Notes under the pieces: generated by a model
What the model was told of the DNA's origin: nothing
What the model saw: only the letters and a program-made list of their open reading frames with translations
Databases searched by the model: none
Part shown: positions 1 to 13,465 of the stretch, one piece after another
Layout: every line of letters begins with the position of its first letter
Numbering within the stretch: the first letter of the stretch is position 1
NCBI RefSeq assembly: GCF_006345805.1
Contig: NC_043007.1
Location: 21,762,001 to 21,826,000, forward strand
Length of the DNA: 64,000 nucleotides
Source: Octopus sinensis
Lineage: Eukaryota
Direction of reading: 5' to 3'
Program-made: the position numbers and the translations under genes

Positions 1-229
1 TCTGCATACATTAATCATTCAACATATGCTTCTAATGCTTCTTGCCCTTTAATCTCTCCTTTCTTACCATATTTCCACTGAAGCATCTTGCCTGTGCATT
101 TTGGTTGATTTTTAAAATAATCCAGAATTCAAAAGGAATTAGTAAAATTAGATTTTTCTTTATCAAGATGTTGATATTTTAAAAGTTTTCAATTTTAAAT
201 TTATGATGCAAGGATTTTAGTTATATATA

Positions 230-2235
230 TTATGTCGTGCTGGAGAAGAAGACCCGTCGAGCCAAGTAAAATCGCAGTTGTGGAAGATACTGGTGTCACA
301 CAAATGGCACATAAAAGCACCAGCACCTATTGAGCGTTGGGCCTCATGGAGGCAAAGTGGTACATGAAAAGCTCCTTTTGAATATTAGGCCTCACAGGGG
401 CAATGACTGAGACCTTTGGTATTATGTCATGCTTGAGAAGACGACCCATCGAGCCAAGTAAAATCGCAGTTGTGGAAGATACCTATTTCTTTACTACCCA
501 CAAGGGGCTAAACACAGAGAGGACAAACAATGACAGACAAATGGATTAAGTCAATTATATCGACCCCAGTGCGTAACTGGTACTTATTTAATCGACCCCG
601 AAAGGATGAAAGGCAAAGTTGACCTCGACAGAATTTGAACTCAGAACATAGCGGCAGACAAAATACCTATTTCTTTACTGCCCATAAGGGGCTAAACACA
701 GAGGGGACAAACAATGACAGACAAATGGATTAAGTCAATTATATCGACCCCAGTGCGTAACTGGTACTTATTTAATCGACCCCGAAAGGATGAAAGGCAA
801 AGTTGACCTCGGCGGAATTTGAACTCAGAACGTAGCGGCAGACAAAATACCTATTTCTTTACTGCCCACAAGGGGCGAAACACAGAGGGGACAAACAAGG
901 ACAGACAAACAGATTAAGTCAATTATATTGACCCCAGTGTGTAACTGGTACTTATTTAATTGACCCTGAAAGGATGAAAGGCAAAGTTGAACTCAGAACG
1001 TAGCGGCAGACAAAATACTGCTAAGCATTTCGCTTGGCGTGCTAACGATTCTGCTAGCTCGCCACCTTGTTGTGGAAGATACCGGTGTCACACAAATGGC
1101 ACTGATGCCAGTGGCACATAAAAGCACCAGCACCTATTGAGCATTGGGCCTCACAGAGGCGAAGTGGTATATGAAAAGCTCCTTTTGAGAATTGGGCCTC
1201 ACGGAGACAGTGACTGAGACCTTTGGCATTATGTCATGCTTGAGAAGAAGACCCATCAAGCCAAGTAAAGTCGCAGTTGAGGAAGATACCGGTGTCACAC
1301 AAATGGCACCGATGCCAGTGGCACATAAAAGCACCAGGACCTTTTGAGCTTGGTTGGGCCTCACAGAGGCAAAGTGGTACGTGAAAAGCTCCTTTTGAGT
1401 ATTGGGCTTCACGGGGGCAGTGAAGAAGAAGACCCATCAAGCCAAGTAAAATAACAGTCATGGAAGATACCAGTGTCACACAAATGGCACTTGTGCCAGT
1501 GGTATGTAAAAGCACCAGCAACTTTCAAGTGTTGGAGCTCACGGAGGCAAAATGGCTGATGCTGGTGGAACACGAAAAACTCCTTTTATGTGTGGGGCTC
1601 ACGGAGTCAATAACGAAGACCTTTGGCATTATGTCATGCTTGAGAAGTCCCATTAAGCCAAGTAAATTAGCAGTTGTAACAGATACCAGGGTCATGTAAA
1701 AGCACCCATTACACTCTCAGAGTGGTTGGCATTAGGAAGCATATCCAGTTGTAGAAACAGTGCTTGATCAGATTGGAGCCTGGTGCAGCCTTCTGGTTCG
1801 CCTGTCAAATTGTCCAACCCATGCCAGCATGGAAAGCGGACGTTAAATGATAATGATGATGATACTCTCTTATTGGCATTATTTATTCACCACTACATTT
1901 TCAGAGTGGTTGGCATTAGGAAGGGCATCCAGCTATTGAAACTGCCAGATCAGATTGGAGCCTGGTGCAGCCTTCTCGTTCGCCATTCCTCAGTCAAATT
2001 GTCCAACCCATGCCAGCATGGAAAGCGGGCATTAAATGATGATGATGATACTCTCTTATTGGCATTATTTATTCACCACTACATTTTCAGAGTGGCTAGC
2101 ATTAGGAAGGGCATCCAGCTGTTGAAACCATGCCAAATCAGACTGGAGTCTGGTGCAGCCCCTCAGCTTTCCAGCCCTGGTCAAACCATCCAACTTATGC
2201 CGGCATGGACAATGGACGCTAAATGATGATGATAA
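230..2235 (+). repeat. Tandemly repeated, decayed RTE-3'-UTR-related units ending in (GAT)n tails
   Basis: Recurring gagaagaagacccatcaagccaagtaaa...gtggcacataaaagcacc units, then three copies of the ggaagggcatccagctgtagaaac...gatgatgat tail. Confidence 0.7.
484..1068 (-). mobile_element. SINE family B, head plus tandem trimer of ~183-nt bodies
   Basis: Three near-identical units; B-box GAGTTCAAATTCC; 15-bp TSD GTTGTGGAAGATACC (469-483 / 1069-1083). Other copies at ~17056, 23200, 34450, 35500, 44000, 44435, 50360, 61770. Confidence 0.85.
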
Positions 2236-2466
2236 CATAATACCATTTTGAAATGACAGCTTCTATATCACAGAACTAGAAGCGGTACAAGTTACTAATT
2301 TCCTCAATTTGACTAAAATGTGTTTCACCATTATATTTTACTATTATGTCACCTAAGTAACGAAGTTTCTTTCCAGTTAATTCTACGACCTAGAGATCTC
2401 CTGAAGTTATTGTTCCTATTCAACAGCCTGTAATATCAATAAATCAATCCTATATTTATTGCATCG

Positions 2467-2775
2467 TGGAGGTGCAATCGCCCAGTGGTTAGGGCAGCGG
2501 ACTCGCGGTTGAAGGATCGCGGTTTCGATTCCCAGACCGGGTGTTGTGTGTGTTTATTGAGCGAAAATACCTAAAAGCTCCATGAGGCTCTGGCAGGGGG
2601 TGGTGGCGACCCCTGTTGTGCTCTTTCGACACAACTTTCTCTCACTCTCTCTTCCTGTTTCTTGAGTAATGCTACGATGGACTGGTATCCCGTCCAGCTG
2701 CGAGGAACATATACACCACAGAAACCGGGAAACAGGGCCCATGAGCTTGGCTAGGCTTGAAAAGGGCGACATTAT
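2467..2775 (+). mobile_element. SINE with family C head and an alternative tail
   Basis: Same tRNA-like head as 54250; 3' part shared with the 42100-42350 element. Confidence 0.8.
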
Positions 2776-5700
2776 ATTTATTGCATCAAAGAGTAATAAC
2801 TGAAAGTATAATCATAGATTTTGATTATAATGAACTGGGGGCGGGACACACTATATTGTCTGCAACATTGCATTGCATGTCACACGTGCCATTTCTGACC
2901 AGGCAACTGGTCAGGACTGATCTATGTCACCTCTGGATGGTCCTTCAAGAAGCACTTCTCGCTTTGGTCTTCGGTCTTTCAGAGGAAAGAAAAGGCCAGT
3001 ATATCTGAGAGAGACAGGTATACAGAGGCTGCCGAAAGAACAATGCTTGGCTCAAAGTTTCAAATAAGTGCCACTCCATTTGTTGATTTCTTAATGGATG
3101 GCCATTAACTTTTTGAATTCATCTGCGCTCATTAGCAATTTTGATTTTTGTTTTCTTTTATTCTTTTACTTGTTTCAGTCATGCTGGAGCAAATAGTCAA
3201 ATAAATCGACCCAAAGCACAACCTTCGAACATTAGCCTTCACCAAGGCAATGACTAGTGACTGAGACCTTTGGAAATATGCAGTTCATGAGAAGATCTGG
3301 CAAGTTAAGTGAAACCATAACACATGGCCTGTGCTAGGGGTGTAACCAGCCCACATATGTGTACCTTTCCTTCATTGGACACTAAACTCTGCTTGCGAAG
3401 ACCTGTTGAGGCAGGTGAAATCAAAATCAAATCAAATTCGACGACTGGCACCTGTGCCAGTGGAGCACTAAGAGCACCATCTCAGCGTGATTGTTGCCAG
3501 AGAAGCTGACTGGCTTCGATGCCGGTGGCGCGTGAAAAAACATTTGATCGAGGTCATTGCCAGTGCCACTGGACTGGCTCCTGTGCAGGTGGCATGTAAA
3601 AAACACCATTTGAGCATGGCTGTTGCCAGTCCTGCCTGACAGGCCCTCATGCACCCACTACACTCTCAGAGTGGTTGGCGTTTGGAAGGGCATCCAGCTG
3701 TAGAAACTCTGCCCGATCAGATTGGAGCCTGGTGCAGCCATCTGGTTCGCTAGTCCTCAGTCAAATCATCCAACCCATGCTAGCCTGGAAAGCAGATGTT
3801 AAACAATGATATATATATATTTGTGTGTGTCTGTCTGTTTGTCACACACACTACCACTTAACCAGTGCTTGTTACATCCATATAACTTAGTAGTTCAGCA
3901 AAAGAGAACATTACAATAAGTACCAGACTTTAAAAAAAACAACATAAGTACTAGCTACTGATTTATTTGACTAAACCTTCAAGGTAGTGCCCCAGTATGG
4001 CCACAGTCCAATGAGTAATGAAACAAATAAAAGTTATCCATCCACCCTCCAAATACAAAAGGTGAGACACTACACTCCTCTCTTTCCAATTTTCTGTGTA
4101 AATAATATCTTGCCATGAGGAGACTTAGAAACAGGTGGCAAGAAAGGCATCGAGCCATAGAAAATTTCTCTCAAATTTCCTCTGACTCATGCAAGCATGG
4201 AAAAGTAGACATAAAAATGACAACGATAATGATATGGAAACTGGATTCCTAATTTTGAATGTGTTGAAGCAATAAAGCCAAATATTCATTAACCATTTTA
4301 CAGTGGAAATCAGATATATCCGTTCAAAATTCCATAACCTTCGAATAATAGTTTAGTCACTAATGGCTCAACTAGTAAAAAAGTAGTCGAAGGTAAAGAC
4401 CTGCTTCAGTCATGAATGACCGTGGGATTGCACCTAGACAGTTCCCCTCTAAGACACAAGTCCAGGCAAGGTGGTTTACATGGGAGACCAGCAGTCCTCC
4501 ATGCATACCAGCCTATTATCTTGTAGCTTTGAGGTTTCAATGCTGTGATCATTTACGTTTTGAATGACATTGTCGGACACGTGTAAGAGGCTGGATGTGA
4601 CCAGTTTTAACATGGAACATTTTGGGCCAAATATGGCCAGGTTAAATGCTAAAGGGTTAAAAGAAGTACCAGTGAAGTACCGGATTCAATATAACAAATA
4701 TTATATTGAGTAGCAAGCTCAAAGGGGAGTGTTTAGTGTATATATGGTATTAGGCATAAATAGAAGCTGAAGTGCCTGTCTGTTCAATTCATTTGTATTG
4801 TTCTGATTTGACTGTATCGCAGCTTAAATAATACATGATTTGATCTACTTGTTCAGAAAGTGGAAATCTCTTCACAAATCTAAAAGTGGCCTTGACTTGC
4901 CCTCAACTCTTAATTCAATGTAATTGAAATTTTGTTGTTATTTGTTTTCCTTCTGAGATAGAGTTACAACTTGGAGGAAGTGACAATGAGTTGAGTGGAG
5001 GGGAAGGTTTGAAAGAGGTGAGTTCTTTGTGGCCAACAATCCTCAATTTTCGTGTACTTCCTTAAGCGTTTAGCATTTAAGACCGACCGTATCTGGCCCA
5101 GATGTTCTTCCTGTTTTACGTTCAAAACAGAGGCCAGATCAGGCCTCTCACACCTACCCTTCAATGTCATTCTAAAAATATACAATTGCATCATAGAAAC
5201 TTTGAAGCTACAAAATAATGCATGATTAATTCAAAACAACGTGAATAAATAAACATTCCTTTTGAATGAGTTGTCTGAATGCTAAAGGGTTAATACAGTT
5301 TAACCTATGACGATATAGATAGGGAAATACCTCCTTATTTTATATATATATATATATATATATACATACATATATATATCATAATATTAGGGAGTATAAC
5401 TCCAAACTTACAGGGAAAAATTCAATTTAATATTAAATCAAATTTCACAATATAAATATATAATATATATAAATTAGAGAAAAACCACTATTAAGCAATT
5501 ATATATATATATATGTATTTTTCTTCAATGGTAGCAAAGAGATAATATGTCACATCTCTTGTTTAGCAATATCAGAGGGTATTTCAGGATCTGGAATGCT
5601 TCAATCAAGCTAATGTAAAATTTCTTGCCCCATTAACATATGGGATAGATTTGGTCATAATGTTCATCTCATGGTTTGAAAAAAAAATTTACTCAATGAT

Positions 5701-5779
5701 TAATATTATTTTGATAATTATGGCAAATAGGTGAGATAATGTTAGATATCACCAGTTGTGTATCATACTAAATGTATAC

Positions 5780-6145
5780 AAATCGAAATCGATCAAAAAT
5801 CAATGAAAATTGTAGTTGTGATACCAGTGCCAGTGGGACGTAAAAAGATCCATCCGAACGTGGCTGTTGCCAACGCCGCCTTGACTGGCCTCTGTGCCGG
5901 TGACACGTAAAAAGCACCAACTGATCATGGCCGTTGCCAGCCTCGTCTGGCACTTGTGCCGGTGGCACGTAAAAAGCACCCACTACACTCACGGAGTGGT
6001 TGCTGTTAGGAAGGGCATCCAGCTGTAGAAACACTGCCAGATCAAACTGGTGCCTGGTGCAGCCTCCTTGCTTCGCAGACCCTGGTCGAACCGTCCAACC
6101 TCTGCTAGCATGGAAAATGGACATTAAACGATGATGATGATGATG
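5780..6145 (+). mobile_element. Family D short retroposon (RTE-tail type, (GAT)n end)
   Basis: Tandem gtgccggtggcacgtaaaaagcacc units, then the LINE-like tail. Further copies at ~3290-3810, 6345-6690, 13630-13980, 16365-16758, 21210-21800 (+) and 42570-42890, 45230-45640, 51290-51600 (-). Confidence 0.8.
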
Positions 6146-8317
6146 AGCATTAGAAGGGATGATGCTGTGGAATTTGTCTGAGATAAAATCTCATCATAGA
6201 CTGCTAAAAAGCACAATATATCTCAGAGCAAGGTGAACATCATTGCTGCAATGACTCATGGGAATGACAGCTGCATTTAACCTTTGTTGAAGCTTGTTAA
6301 TGTCATGCATTCAATTTGTCACCTAATTAAATAAAATTTATGCTTCCGTGGCCGTTCGCCAGCCTTGTCTGGCACCTGTGTCAGTGGCACATAAAAAACA
6401 CCATCCGAGCGTGGCCGTCTGCCAGCCTCGTCTGGCACCTGTCGGTGGCACATAAAAAACACCATCCGAGCGTGGCTGTTCGCCAACCTCGTCTGGCACC
6501 TGTGTCGGTGGCACATAAAATCACCCACTACACTCTCGGAGTGGTTGGCGTTAGGAAGGGCATCCAGCTGTAGAAACACTGCCAGATCTGACTGGCCTGG
6601 TGCAGCCTTCGGGCTCCCCAGACCCCAGTTGAACCGTCCAACCCATGCTAGCATGGAAAGCGGACGTTAAACGATGATGATGATGATGATATATATATGT
6701 ATATATATATATATGTATGTATATATATTATTTTATGCAATACAGTGTGAAGGAAAAAGTACTGCAAAATTTTAATAATAGTAGGTACAGGTGTAACTAG
6801 GTGCAGGTGTAACTGGGTGCAGGTAACTTATTTGTTTAACAAATGTGAACAATAGAATAAGTACTAGACTTTAAAATAAACAACATACGTAATGATTTAT
6901 GAGACTAAGCCTTCAAGATAGTACCCCAGTATGGCCACAGTCCAATGAATAATGAAACAAAAGATATCCATCCACCCTCCAAATACAAAAGGTGAGACAC
7001 TACACTCCGCTGTTTCTAATTTTCTGTGTAAATAATATCTTGCCATGAGGAAATATCACCTTACAGGTGGCAAGAAAGGCATCCAGCCATAGAAAATTTC
7101 TCTTAAATTTCCTCTGACTCATGCAAGCATGGAAAAGTAGACATAAAAATGACAATAATGACTAATATGTAAACTAGATTCCTAATGGATGGATAGATGG
7201 GATCTATTCCATCTCAATCACAGATTTTTTTTTTAACTAAACACTTTGAAACTTCAAATACTGGTAGAATTCCTCACATAAAACACGGTTTACTCTGAAC
7301 ATTTTTGACCAAATTTCGTATTTTAGAAATTATTTTGTGTTAAAGCTGTCTTAATTGGGTAATTTCAACCAATCAGCAACGTGTATTCGGTTAAAGAAAG
7401 CTAGTGCTGTTTGTGATAATAATCCTATGTATGTATGTATGTATGTATAATCAAACTAAACAACAAGGATATCCTTGTTGCTTATTTTGATTTTAATCAC
7501 CTTATTTTGAAATTGTATGGATAATAGGCACAGGAGTGGCTGTGTGGTAAATAGCTTGCTTACCAGCCACATGGTTCAGAGGTCAGTCCCACTGCATGGC
7601 ACCTTGGGCAAGTGTTTTCACATTGGGCCGAACAATGCCTTGTGAGTGGATTTGGTAGACGGAAACTGAAAGAAGCCCATCGTATATATGTATATGTGTG
7701 TTTGTCCCCCCAACATCGCTTGACAACCGATGCTGGTGTGTTTGCGTCCCTGTAACTTAGCAGTTTGGCAAAAGAAACCGATAGAATAAGTACTAGGCTT
7801 ACAAAGAATAAGTCCCGGGATTGATTTGCTCAACTAAAGGTGGTGCTCCAGCATGGCCACAGTCAAATGACTGAAACAAGTAAAAGAGTAATACCGTACT
7901 AAATTCTGGTGCTTCAACTTAAGTACCATATTCATCTGAATTTAAATTTATATATATATATAACTCTATTACTTGTTTCAGTAATTTGACTGTGGCCATG
8001 CTGGAGCACCACCTTTAGTCGAGCAAATCAACCCCAGGACTTATTCTTTGTAAGCCTACTACTTATTCTATCGGTTTCTTTTGCCGAACCACTAAGTTCC
8101 GGTGACATAAACATACCAACATCGGTTGTCAAGCGATGTTGGGGAGACAAACACACACAGACATATACTCTTTTACTTGTTTCAGTCATTTGACTGCGGC
8201 CATGCTGGAGCACCGCCTTTAGTCGAGCAAATCGAGCCCGGGACTTATTCTTTGTAAGCATCGGTTGTCAAGCAATGCTAGGGGGACAAACACAGACGCA
8301 CAAACATATGCACACGC

Positions 8318-8350
<33 letters not shown>

Positions 8351-9025
8351 CATATATACGACGGACTTCTTTCAGTTTCCGTCTACCAAATCCACTCTCA
8401 AGGCTTTGGTCGGCCCGAGGCTATAGTAGAAGACACTTGCCCAAGGTGCCACGCAGTGGGACTGAACCCGGAACTATGTGGCTGGTAAGCAAGCTACTTA
8501 CCACACAGCCAGGATGTATCCTCATGTTCTGAATTCTATTTTCCTGTTTGCATCACCTGACCTACTTATTATATCAAGATAATTCACACTAAAATTTAAA
8601 CAAATGAGACAAGAATTTTTTTTAAAAAATGCTTTTTATACACTCAAGAAAATTTTTCAGCTGTTCCAAGGAAAAGTCTTCTGGTATTCTGCATACGCTG
8701 CCCCTCCACATCTACACTTTTTCAGTGTAGTTAACCATTGATAGCCTATCTCTGTGAAAGAAACCAGCTGCTCTCTTTTAAGAGCTCTTATTGATGAAGA
8801 AGAAAACTGATGAAGACATACTATGAGAATTTTAAAAGGTTTGACTTAGTAACATGAGATTAGAAGCCTTTAAGAGATGAGTGTATGTCAGGTTCTTTCA
8901 CGAGTTGAATATGTGTTATATCAAATAGAATATTATGATGAATCAGTTATAGAGTTTCTCTATGGTTGGGCAATTTACTAGAAATAACAGCAAAATTTCC
9001 GTCAATTCAAACCGCACCAACAAAC

Positions 9026-10180
9026 CTAGGTCGGGCCAGCCAGGCATCCAAAACAATGACAGCCAGCCAGCCAGCCTAGGCAAGTTTCCAGCCAGGCATC
9101 CAAAACAATGACAGCCAGCCAGCAAGCCAAGGCCGGGCCAGCCAGTTTCCAGCCAGCAAGCCTAGGCCGGGCCAAGCCAGGTCCACCCAGCCAGCCAGCC
9201 TGCCTAGGCCAGTTTCCAGCCAGCAAGCCAAAGCCGGGGGCAGCCAGCCAGCCTAGACCAATTTCCAGCCAGCAAACATAGGCCAAGCAGCCAAGACCCA
9301 GCCAGCCAGCAAGCTATATCCAGGCCAGCCAGGAAACCAAGGACAGCCAGTCAGGTAGGCAAGGCTCAGCAAGCCAGGCATCCAGAGATGGCCAGCCAGC
9401 CTAGGCCAATTTCCAGCAGCAAACCTAGGCTGGGCCAGCCAGCCTAAGGCCCGGCCAGTTTCAAGCTGGCAAGCCAAATCTGGGCCAGTGAAGCACCCAA
9501 GGACTTGCCACCCAGCAAGGCTAGGCCAGTGTCCAGGCTGCTAACAAAATCCAGGCCAGCCAGGCAACCAAGGCCCTGCCAGCCAGCCAAAGCCAGTTTC
9601 CAGCCAGCAAGCCAAGGCCAGGTCAGCCAGACAGCAATGGCCCGGCCAGCCAGCAAGCCTCAGCCATTTTCCAGCCAGCAAGCCAAGGCCAGGCCAGCCA
9701 GGCAGCCAAAAGAGGGCCTGCCAGCCTAGGCCAATTTTCAGCCAGCAAACCAAGGCTGGGCCACCCAGGCAACCTAAGCCCAGCCAGCAAGCCAAGGCCG
9801 GGCCAGCCAAGCAACCAAGGACCGCCCAGCCAGCTAGCCTAGTTCAATTTCAAGCCAGCAAGCCAAGGCCAGGCCAGCCAGGCATCAATGGCATGGCCAG
9901 CCAGCCAGCCAGCAAACCCGGACAGCCAGTCAGCCTAGGCCAATTTTGAATAAGCAAACCTAGCCCGGGCCAGCCAGGCAGCCAAGGTCCAGCCAGCCAA
10001 CCAGCCTAGGCCAGTTTCCAGCCAGCAAGTCAAGGCCGGGCAAGCCAGGCATCCATAACAATGCCAGCCACACAGCCTAGGCCAGTTTCCAGCCAGCAAG
10101 CCAAGGCCGGGCCAGCCAGCTAGCCTAGTTCAATTTTAAGCCAGCAAGCCAAGGCCAGGCCAGCCAGGAAACCAAAACCC
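9026..10180. repeat. GC-rich, strand-asymmetric minisatellite
   Basis: Degenerate ~60-70-nt units built from CCAG/GCCAA: cctaggccagtttccagccagcaagccaaggccgggccagcc. Confidence 0.85.
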
Positions 10181-10849
10181 AGACTATCTCCCCTGAGACC
10201 CTGCAGCACAAGTTGACCAAAATTGAGAGTATGATAGAAGGCTTGCTCTTCCTTCAGTAGAAGAAAAAATTCAAATCAGACCATGTTAAGACCAAAAATT
10301 ATTTACATCAAAAAGGTGCTTTTTTTCTATTAAAATACCTATTTTTCACGATTTTTTTACTGCTGTGTCGCCATTTTTCGGTGTATTTCAACCAGAAAAA
10401 TGTTCACTTATAGAGAATAACAAGCTACATAATGCACAATTTTTACTTTTCAAAAATTCCAATTCTAAAGGGTCGAAACAAACCCGAGCAACAACAAGCG
10501 ATACTGCTAGTATCAAATAAAATACAATGTGCCTATGATGGAGCCTCTATGTGGTCAATCGATTTACTAGAAATAGCAGCTAAATTTCCCTCAATTCAAA
10601 CACCACCATATCTGTTATATCAAATAAAATACAATGGGTCAATCAATTTACTAGAAATAGCAGTCAAATTTCACTCAACTTAAACTCCACTCTATCTGTT
10701 ATATTGATATTAAATAAAATGTAATGAGCCAATGATAGAACCTATGTCTAGTCAATCAATTTATTTGAATAGCAGCCAAATTTCCTTCGACTCAAAATCC
10801 TGCCTACTTAAAGAAGAAGGACACATTAGATTATGTTGTCCTATAGTGA

Positions 10850-11127
10850 GTTCACCTTTTTGATCTCCATGTGTCTAACACACGTGGACATGCCTACAAA
10901 GTCAGAAAACAACACAGCTCCCATGACTTTCGGAAACATTTTTTCACGCTCAGAGTTGCTGAAGCATGGAATAAACTGCCTGCGTCAGTTGTTGACTGCC
11001 ATGACACTGCATCCTTTAAGTCCTCATGCTTTCCGAAATCCGCCGAAACTACACCTGATTATATATACACTTTAGATGAGTTGTAGTGCACCTGAGCACT
11101 GTACACAATTATTATTATTATTATTAT
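10850..11127 (+). mobile_element. CR1-like LINE 3' fragment with (ATT)n tail
   Basis: TRGHAYKVRKQHSSHDFRKHFFTLRVAEAWNKLPASVV; ends in attattattatt. Confidence 0.8.
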
Positions 11128-13465
11128 AGTCCTTTCATGTAATTCCACAATGTAGTCCCATAAAATGGTGGCTTTAATGCCTTTGATCTTAGGGCCAAGC
11201 AACAATGTCAATAACACATTTTACAACACTTTCATATCACAAAATCTGAATTCAGATTGAAGAGAAAAACATTCTAAGAATTTAACTTAATTAATTAAAT
11301 TCTTTCTTTATGACCTGCAACATTGTTTACTTAAAGAGTTTGTGTTTATTTATTTATTTTGTCTTACTTTTAATTGCTCGTTAAATTATTTCTTCTTGAG
11401 TGACTAACCCATTTCGTTTCTACAAGACATGGTACCTTTGTCCCACTCATTCTTATCCCTGCTTGCTTCCTACCTTAACCCTTTTGTTACTGTATTTATT
11501 TTGAGATACTCAGTTTCTTCCAATCATTTTTAAATATAACAAAGAATTTAGTAAAATAACTTAGTTATCGTTAAGCTAGTGTTAGGAACATAAATTGTGA
11601 CTAATGTTTGGTGAAAGATTTTAATTTAGAACTTTTAAAAACAAGACATTTGTACTACAAAACCAGAACCGGTTTCAGCCAGGTTGGTAATGGAAAGATT
11701 AAGAATTGTTTCTCTATTATATAATTTAATCCTTTTGTTACCATAATTGTGTTGAGATGCTCTGTGTTTCTTTGAATTACTTTAAATATAACAAAGAATT
11801 TAGCAAAATAACTTAGTTTATCATTAAGCTAGTGTTAGGAACATAAATTGTGACTAAGGTTTGGTGGAAGATTTTAATTCAAAACTTACAAAAACAAGAG
11901 ATTTGTACTACAAAGCCAGAGCCGGTTTCAGCAAGGTTGGTATCAAAAGGGTTAAAGAAAAACAATTTAAAACCTGTTGCAGTCACAATCAAATCACTTT
12001 GATTCTCAAAGGCTATGAAACTCCAATTTATCAACTAATTGACTCACACGATATATCCATTTGCATCAGATAAGAACAACTGAGTCTGAAATAAGATTAG
12101 CCTTCTTCTAGTAGTGTTACTTTGTAATGTTAAAACAAAGTCTATCATAGTTTGGGTGAGATATGCAAGACCAATTCTTTAAAACTTTTCACCTTCCATA
12201 TAATTTAAAAGTCAGGCTTTTATTGATATTCAGATATTTACATTGTAATGATATAACATGTGGTGCTAAGCTTATACACAAAGCATCTACAAAATTTTGT
12301 ATGGACGGGCATACATGAATTGCTTTCTGTGGCTTTCTCCTGATAATTTTGAAACCTAAGCATGTTTTCAATAAGTACAGAAGCTATTGTGGAATAAATA
12401 TGTGAAGTCGTAGAGATAGAAGTGTCATGTGTCCTTTCCCCCAAATTAAATAGAATTTTCACAACAGATTTTAACTGATGATACAAGGTGGTAGACCATG
12501 CCAAATCTTTTTTTTTTTTTTCTCTCTACCACATTCATCATAAAAAAAAGAAAGAAAATATTTTTCAAAATTTTGTAGCTAAAAAAAGAGAAAAAAAAAA
12601 AAGAACTCAGAAATCCATTCCCAAGAATAGTCTCCTTGCCTTTACAATTCATTATTTTTATGTATCACAACTAAGCTGATGAAAACATTGCTTTGCCAAG
12701 TTGACAGCTGAAACCTGAGCATTTCCTTCAAATGCTTTGGAATTAATTAGCTGATCCTTTGCTTCCACCAAGTACCAGAATATTCAGTTACAGTCAGCTT
12801 GGCCTGTCACTGATAGCAAATTGGGGCAAAGCTGTCCCAGCACATATACACACATACATTCACACACACACACACAGCTGTTAAGAGCTCCATCACACAC
12901 CAAGGCCAACAGCCATAAGTTATTTCTAAGAGACAGGTCTGCTTGTACACCTCACAAGATTCCTCTTTCTGTAAACCAGATTCTTACTTAGTGGGTCATC
13001 AGTGCAGGAACAGTATCAAATTTTCTCTGGCATCATCTGAATGATTTGGCATATGTCAAATGGCATTATAAATTCTTTCTTTCAACATTCTATATTCAAG
13101 TGAAGGATCAAATTATTTTCCCTTTCTTTTCTTTATTTTTGGGTTTTCTTAAACTAGAGTGATTAAAGTGAATACATAAACTTAACCACCACCACCACCA
13201 CATAATGTTAAAATATATATATTTATTTTCACAATTATTGAGGTCAGTTTTTCATGATTACTAAATTGCAATGGTTTAAACTTAGTTCTAACAACTGCAA
13301 TTTGAACTGAATTTTTTTTTATAGGGATTATGAGCTACACGTTAATAACAACTTCTCTATATTTCAGAAACTAATTAGTTACTGGTGGAATTATTGAACA
13401 ACTTCTGGCAGTTATGAGTTCTCATACACTGCAAGTAATCTGACCAGCCTACACATTAAACATCT

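Noticed and set aside
484-1700. Regularly spaced repeats suggestive of a CRISPR array
   Set aside because: Units are long, near-identical SINE or UTR multimers without unique spacers; eukaryotic context, no cas genes.
2757-3108. Moderately GC-rich unique segment with short open frames
   Set aside because: No recognisable domain in any frame and no convincing splice context.
8275-8532. Recurrent ORFs ending LPKVPRSGTEPGTMWLVSKLLTTQP or DTCPRCHAVGLNPEPCGW
   Set aside because: Antisense translations of SINE family A, repeated at every copy.
8943-9814. Overlapping Trp/Leu/Ala/Gly- or Pro/Ala/Ser/Gln-rich ORFs
   Set aside because: Artefacts of the GC-rich minisatellite.
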